From: Spizellomyces punctatus DAOM BR117
Lineage: Eukaryota
NCBI GenBank assembly: GCA_000182565.2
Contig: KQ257453.1
Length of the DNA stretch: 64,000 nt
Direction: 5' to 3' (one strand)
The position numbers and the translations under genes are program-made. A model generated the notes under the pieces. It was not told the origin of the DNA. It searched no databases and saw nothing but the letters and a program-made list of their open reading frames with translations. Of this stretch, positions 54,901-64,000 are shown piece after piece (position 1 is the stretch's first letter; every line of letters starts with the position of its first letter).

Positions 54901-56713
54901 GACTTCCAAAATATGATCCATATCTTGGTTTGCATTGCTCTCCAAAGTCGACATGTCGACAACGGTATTCTCAACGCCGATCTTGAGATGGTTCGCACCT
55001 AGTATCCCAGCAACCACTTCATCCAGAGCGCCATTACCGGCGTTGAGCCTAGTGTTCATCTGCGTGACAAAACTTGTCGACATATCGGAAGGAACACCTG
55101 TAGCAGAAGCAGAGCTGCGCCCCGAAAAGTATACTTTATAGAGTTGCGACTTATCGAAGTCAAGTGGCGGGATCTGATAGGGTAGATAAATGTCGCACTG
55201 GCGAAGATGGAGATGCATAGATATGGGCATTTTTGTTGAAAAGGAGTTTGGTGGCAACGACACAGGCGCTTGGGGAGAATTGGCGTTGCCAGGCCAAGCG
55301 CCCGGCCCTTGATCTGATCGTGAGGCAAAAACACCGTAATCCCCTGAAGGTGGCGGCTCACCATATCCAGATATCCTTTCGTCGGCCATTCCAACTTGCC
55401 TGCTGTAAGTCAGTATATCTTGCCCTTCACGTACAGCCGCAAAAATCTCCTTCAACAATGTCATTTGACTCGGATCAATTAGAGCGCAAATGGAGTCTAG
55501 CAAACATTCAATGCGCATGCCGGAGCTCTGCATAGCTCGGTTAACTGAGGAGTCGAGTCTAGCACTATCAGCCAGAGGCTCCTCCAAGCTTTTCTCAAAG
55601 ATGATGCGAGCCCAATTTTCTTGGTCACTGGACGTGGTCGCCAGAACGTCAGTCCAAACGTACTCCGTGACAGAAGATTCTCCACCATCTTTCAGTTGAC
55701 TGAGATTGATGCTAATCCCTGCAAATCTTATCACCTTCGTGATCTTCACTGTCGTTGGATGCAAAGGATCAGATTCGTCGTCGCCAAGACCCAGAGTTTC
55801 ATCTCCATAGCTCAGGGTGGGTATAGTTAACTCCAGATGGTATTCCACAGGAGAATCTCCTGAACCCATAATTGTTGGGGCAATGGAAATCTGGGAGCGA
55901 TGAGACAGTCTTACGACGGTGTTTTTGGCCACGACCTTCACTTTGGCCAGTATTTTATCAATAAGCCGGGCAAGGACTTGCAAGCCTTCAAGGCCCGTGT
56001 CTCTGCTTCCACTTGGTGGTGTTCCCTGGTTCGTGGAGAAAGATGTTGACGCGGGACGATCATTTGCCGATGAACGATTGGATTTGCGATCAAAAGCTAG
56101 ACCTAAGTCGTCTTCATCTGATACTTCACTACGAAGAAAGTTTTCCGCAAAATGGATTGAAGAGGACATGATATGGGATTCCGACATTTGCGATGATCTA
56201 GACAATCCTTCAATAGGCAATTGAATCAGATCGGCTTGTAAAATGATGTGAAACATATTGTTTTGCTAACCATTCTCGGGATCTTCCCGCAAAGACATGA
56301 GTTCAAGATAGAGGCCGTCAAACTCAAGGATGCAATCGCTTGTTCCCAGATCCTTCCATGGCACAGAGGCCTGTATTCGTGAGATGCGTCCATCCGTGAC
56401 GATAACCGGTAAATCCGCTGCTAGATCGTTTAGAACCTACGAAGAAAAAGGGTTCTGAGCGTTAAACTACAGTTTTCGCTACGCTTTTCCTCTTTATTTT
56501 TCGGGGACCCGGCAGTGTGCTTAAGCCCACCTCTAGATTTAACTCCAAATCTTTAAGGACAACTTGGCCTTTTCCCAACTCGACGTCCAAATTTTCCAGA
56601 TTCAGTTCAGAGGCCAGAAACTGCCCTATGGCCCTTTTCAACAAGAACTTGAGGAGCCGCTTTTGAAGAGTTTGTGGCATAGACCAGCCGGAAAAAGGCC
56701 AGAATGCTGACAT
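48974..56713 (-). CDS. ATG2: Autophagy lipid-transfer protein ATG2
   Basis: N-terminal chorein region [94 protein letters not shown]; last micro-exon KYKG*. Confidence 0.95.
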
Positions 56714-57678
56714 GGTAAATACGGATGCGGGCTACCTCCGGCTGTCAAAATGGGAAATGGGCAATAGGCAGAAAGCGCCACATACGCAAAGTGATGTTTT
56801 GCGTGGACTCCCTTGCCGTATATTTAAAAGGAAGGTACTGTGCTTATAGATAGCGAAGCTCTCAGCATGAAGGCCGTAGGAAAGCTCAAAACTTGTAGTA
56901 AGATTGTGAATTGAATATAACCTGGAGGGAATAGAGATATGAAGGCTTGTATCGCTCCTGCGCTTGGAACAAACCGGTGAAAAGGCGAGCAGAAATATGG
57001 GCAATGGGAGTCGGAAATGCAGCTCAGCTCAACCAAACGAGGAGACGAGACCGACAATCGCTCAAGATCATGTCACGCTCGCGTATGACTGCGCCCCGAA
57101 ATCAGATGACCAACCCTCATGATGGATATTCCTTCGAGTATTGGAAATATCGAATAAAATGTCAAATAGGTCGTGCCAAAGTGAGCAGAAAGCAGGATAT
57201 GTGACTTGGTACATGTGGGAACTTTGGCTGTTGGGATAGATATTGAGGCAGTAATCCTAAGCATGAAGACTCTCCTTTGTTTACAATGCTCCGCTGCACC
57301 ACTAAATGGCATATAGCATTTCTTTTCCTCACATGAGTCCGATATTTCAACGGGTATGCTTACTTTCGGACATGACATAAGATACGGTTATCCTCGCTGG
57401 CCCCAAAAAAATATTCCCGTCTGCTTTTGTCGGCTCGTATTCGCTGATAAATCCATTGATGATGTTGGCTTAACGAAGGATTGTGGAGCATAAGTACAAA
57501 GACTAGTTGCGACACAATCGTGGAACACTGCCATGGTGAGGACACCATCAATAGAGTTCCGTCAGTCCAGTAATAGTTTGATAGCGTCTTCTCATAAAAA
57601 TCGTACATTAGCGAACCCTTCCGACAACCCGTCACCAACCAGATGCCCCAGCCCAACTTGTCCCACCAGCGTGCTGTT

Positions 57679-59524
<1,846 letters not shown>

Positions 59525-60472
59525 AACGTCAAACAACTATCGAGTAGATTCAATAAAAAGACGGGAGACTGTTCTATGGGGTCTTACAATTGTGCCCTTG
59601 CGTGACAAGAAATGGACAAGGGACAATTGAGACGTTCTCACAAAAGTGCCAGCACGTCCAAAGGTTCTGGGTACGAAAGAGGTCTAGTCTCACACGCAAT
59701 CTACCCACGAAACCGTCAACTGGAGCTTGAACGTTTCGACAGTCGGAAATTTCAGATTCGTTGTCCGAAACCCCAGAGTTCCTTCAACTCGGCGCCAAGC
59801 TTTCTAATCACGTGCATGTCATCACGTAACCACTGTCCAGCAGTTTGAACAGCAGGAATTTAGACTGCAGTGCATGCCTTTAGCGAGATTGGTTGTTCCA
59901 ATTTTTGATAGATCGAGATGAACATTGCGTAGGCTTCGGGTTGAACTTGGAGTCAAGCTTTGCTCGAACGTTGGTCATTCCATGCTTGTCGCCAAGAGAT
60001 AATTTCTTGCCTATCAGTCTTTATCCTCAAAAATCTCTTTATTATAACATTCTCCTCTGGGCAGGTTATCTCTCAAAGTAGCGACCTTGGCAGCGACAGC
60101 ATAGCGGACACATCGCTTCAAGACATTGACTATCGCTTAATGGCTGCGATCGAGATCTGGACATGTCACGTGCCTGTGGTTGCCATGGCATTAGATGCAG
60201 TTGTAGCCTATGAGGTTGGAAATGGACGAGTGGAAGGAACTGCGCTGGACGCTGGGGGAAAGCCGATCAACGATCGAGAAGGCAACACATCCGCCATTCT
60301 CTTCTTGTCAAGTGTTTGCTGGAGTACTTTCATTTCTGTTGAGTCGCTCACACTCCCGGAAGTGAGAGCAGTTGCTTCGTTTTATTAGCCGCTGGCCTCC
60401 TGGCCTGGAGAGTAAACAAGGTCGAAGACTCGGGACCGATTCAATCGTCTTTCACATCTAACCCCACTCACC

Positions 60473-63400
60473 ATGTCCGCACAACCACCCCCGCCATTTG
60501 GCCATCAACCACCGCTCTACGGAGCGGCTAGGCCACCCCCACCGATACCCACCCCAACCTCAGAGCTCTCTGAAGAAAAACTGCAAGAGAAGGCTCGGAA
60601 GTGGGCTCAAATGAACGCCAAGCGATACGGGGAAAAGCGGAAATTTGGTTTTGTTGAACCACAGAAGGAAAACATGCCGCCAGAACACATTCGGAAGATC
60701 ATCAAGGATCATGGGGACATGTCGAGCAAGAAGTACCGCCATGACAAGCGCATTTACCTTGGCGCATTGAAGTATGTGCCTCACGCTGTGCTCAAGTTGT
60801 TGGAAAACATGCCGATGCCTTGGGAACAAGTTCGCGAAGTACCTGTACTCTACCATGTCACTGGTGCGATTACATTCGTCAACGAGGTCCCGTGGGTCAT
60901 TGAGCCCGTGTACATCGCACAGTGGGGCACTATGTGGATTATGATGCGTCGTGAGAAGCGAGACCGTCGTCACTTCAAGCGGATGAGATTTCCGCCGTTC
61001 GATGACGAAGAACCGCCATTGGACTATGGTGACAACATCATTGACGTCGAGCCGTTGGAAGCCATCCAAATGGAGCTGGACGAAGAAGAGGATGCACCTG
61101 TATATGAATGGTTGTATGATCACAAACCTTTGATGGATACGAAGTTTGTCAACGGCTCAAGCTACAGGAAATGGAACCTGAATCTGCCGATCATGTCAAC
61201 CTTGTACCGATTGGCGCACCAGCTCCTCTCAGACCTGACCGATAAGAATTACTTCTACTTATTTGACTTGAAATCGTTCTTCACATCAAAGGCGTTGAAT
61301 ATGGCTATTCCTGGTGGACCGAAATTTGAGCCGCTCTATCGTGACATGGATGCGGCGGACGAGGATTGGAATGAATTCAACGACATCAACAAGATCATTA
61401 TTCGCCAGCCTATCCGAACCGAATACAAAATTGCGTTTCCTTTCTTGTACAATTCCCTTCCGCGTTCAGTGCATGTATCTTGGTATCACTATCCCACGGT
61501 AGTATATGTGAGAACGGAAGATCCCGACCTTCCCGCTTTCTACTTCGATCCCATCATCAATCCGATTTCGTCACGTACCCTCCAATCGAATGCGAAGGTG
61601 TCGCACGAAGATGAGATTTTCGGCGACAAAGAGGAAGATGAGGAGTTCCGGTTGCCTTCTAGCGTGACCCCCTTCCTACAAGAAACACCTCTATACACAG
61701 ACAACACGGCAAACGGCATTGCGTTGTACTGGGCACCGCATCCATTTGATAAGAGGAGCGGACGCACTCGGCGTGCAATTGATGTTCCCTTGGTCAAGAA
61801 CTGGTATCTCGAGCACGTTCCAGCGGGACAACCGGTGAAAGTGCGAGTATCTTACCAAAAACTGCTCAAATGTTACGTTCTCAATGCCCTTAAGCACCGG
61901 CCTCCGAAGGCGATGAACAAGAAATATCTGTTCAGGCAATTGAAGGCGACTAAATTCTTCCAGACAACAGAACTTGACTGGGTAGAAGCCGGTTTGCAGG
62001 TCTGCCGTCAAGGGTATAACATGCTCAACCTGCTTATCCACCGTAAAAATCTGAACTACTTGCACTTGGACTATAACTTCAATCTTAAACCAGTGAAAAC
62101 GCTTACTACGAAGGAGCGCAAAAAATCCCGTTTCGGTAACGCCTTCCACCTTATGCGTGAAATCCTTCGATTGACGAAGTTGGTGGTCGACTCGCACGTT
62201 CAATATCGACTGGGTAATGTCGATGCGTTCCAGCTGGCCGATGGTCTACAGTACATCTTTGCGCACGTTGGGCAACTTACCGGAATGTATCGTTACAAGT
62301 ACCGTTTGATGCGACAGATCCGTAAGTTCTGTGGATTTTCTGGTTTGCATATGAGATCAGTTTAGAATTAAGGCCGTATGATTCCTTTTTAGGCATGTGC
62401 AAAGATTTGAAACATTTAATATACTACCGCTTCAATACGGGACCGGTCGGTAAAGGTCCTGGTTGCGGTTTCTGGGCACCGGGATGGCGTGTTTGGCTGT
62501 TCTTCATGCGCGGCATTGTGCCACTACTGGAGCGCTGGTTAGGCAATCTGTTGGCTCGTCACTTCGAAGGGCGTCAGTCCAAGGGTATCGCAAAAACAGT
62601 GACTAAGCAGCGTGTAGAATCGCATTATGATTTGGAGCTCCGTGCGGCTGTCATGCATGATATCCTAGATATGATGCCTGAGGGTATCAAGGCGAACAAA
62701 TCAAGGACCATTTTGCAGCACTTGAGTGAGGTAAGCGCGGTATGAAGGAACAACACTCGTTTCGACAGAAGTTAACATTTATTTTGTAAATATAGGCATG
62801 GCGTTGTTGGAAAGCGAATATTCCCTGGAAGGTTCCTGGATTACCCACCCCAATTGAGAACATGATTTTGCGCTACGTCAAATCGAAGGCAGATTGGTGG
62901 ACCAGTGTCGCCCACTACAACCGCGAACGTATCCGTCGGGGTGCAACGGTTGATAAAACCGTGTGTAAGAAAAATCTTGGACGTTTGACCCGTTTGTGGC
63001 TGAAAGCCGAACAAGAGAGGCAGCACAACTACCTAAAAGATGGTCCATACATTACCGCTGAAGAAGCTGTTGCCATTTACACAACGACCGTTCACTGGCT
63101 TGAATCCCGAAAGTTCTCGCCGATTCCGTTTCCTCCTCTATCGTATAAGCACGACACAAAGCTGCTCATCTTGGCGCTTGAGCGCTTGAAGGAAGCGTAC
63201 TCAGTCAAGGGTCGTCTCAACCAAAGCCAGCGTGAAGAGTTGGGTTTGATCGAACAAGCGTACGATAATCCTCACGAATCTCTCTCACGTATCAAACGTC
63301 TCCTTTTGACGCAGCGCGCTTTCAAGGAAGTTGGAATTGAGTTCATGGATCTGTATAGTCATCTGATCCCCGTTTATGACGTGGAACCACTAGAGAAGAT

Positions 63401-64000
63401 CACCGACGCATACCTCGACCAATACCTCTGGTATGAGGCTGATAAGCGCCATTTGTTCCCGGCATGGATAAAACCGGGTGACTCGGAGCCACCACCGCTA
63501 CTTGTCTACAAATGGTGTCAAGGTATTAACAACCTGACGGATATCTGGGAAACAAGTGACGGCGAATGTAATGTGATGATGGAGACCAAACTGAGCAAAG
63601 TGTACGAGAAGATCGATCTGACATTGCTCAATCGGTTGCTTCGTCTCATTGTGGACCACAATATCGCGGACTACATGACAGCTAAGAACAATATTGTTCT
63701 CAACTACAAGGACATGAACCACGTCAACGCCTATGGTCTCATTCGCGGTTTACAGTTCGGATCCTTTATTTTCCAGTACTATGGTCTTATTTTGGATCTC
63801 CTCATCTTGGGCTTGCATCGCGCCAGTGAGATGGCTGGCCCCCCGGCAGTCCCGAATGATTTCCTGCAGTTCCGAGACATTGCAACGGAAGTTCGTCATC
63901 CAATCCGACTATACTCGCGGTACATCGATAAAATCCATGTTCTATTCCGCTTCACTGCCGACGAGGCCAGGGATTTGATCCAACGGTATCTGACTGAGCA
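60473..64000 (+). CDS. PRP8: Pre-mRNA splicing factor PRP8, 5' part (continues past the window)
   Basis: [71 protein letters not shown]; introns ~62322-62392 and 62731-62795. Confidence 0.98.

Noticed and set aside
59960-60388. 142-aa ORF between VPS4 and PRP8
   Set aside because: Non-ATG start and no homology; lies in the divergent promoter region.
60473-64000. PRP8 intein (known in some fungi, including chytrids)
   Set aside because: The visible part is colinear with PRP8; the usual insertion site lies downstream of the window and cannot be assessed.

Overview
Gene-dense, intron-rich eukaryotic DNA (introns mostly 50-100 nt, GT-AG with CTAAC/CTAAT-type branch points) from a flagellated fungus, most likely a chytrid. 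Fungal hallmarks (Zn2Cys6 and KilA-N/APSES factors) occur together with ciliary/centriolar genes (IFT38/CLUAP1, CEP95) and 'animal-like' genes (GRP94, muskelin, FoxJ2/3-type forkhead). About 24 protein-coding genes were reconstructed by hand-splicing; CDS coordinates span introns. Recognisable genes: SPA2-like (5' end), IFT38, CEP95, TSR1, pelota/DOM34, forkhead TF, neutral ceramidase, KilA-N TF, Zn2Cys6 TF, WDR1/AIP1, SR protein with two zinc knuckles, MED20, ELL-like repeat protein, muskelin, GRP94, ATG2, VPS4 and PRP8 (5' part). The best novelty candidate is a pair of diverged, directly repeated ~600-700 bp units at ~36.35-37.0 kb and ~41.3-41.9 kb. Each has a conserved promoter/TATA box, one intron and a small ORF starting with an invariant 14-aa peptide, MRILLWCRGPRPPD, in which all three substitutions are synonymous, followed by a variable body. 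Other leads: a myristoylated cystin-like protein, a FoxJ/N LxxMxWL motif, an ankyrin-less C-terminal KilA-N protein, a SAP plus F-box-like protein and a higher-order coding minisatellite. No rRNA, tRNA, CRISPR or transposase was seen. Homology calls come from recalled family motifs, not database searches.
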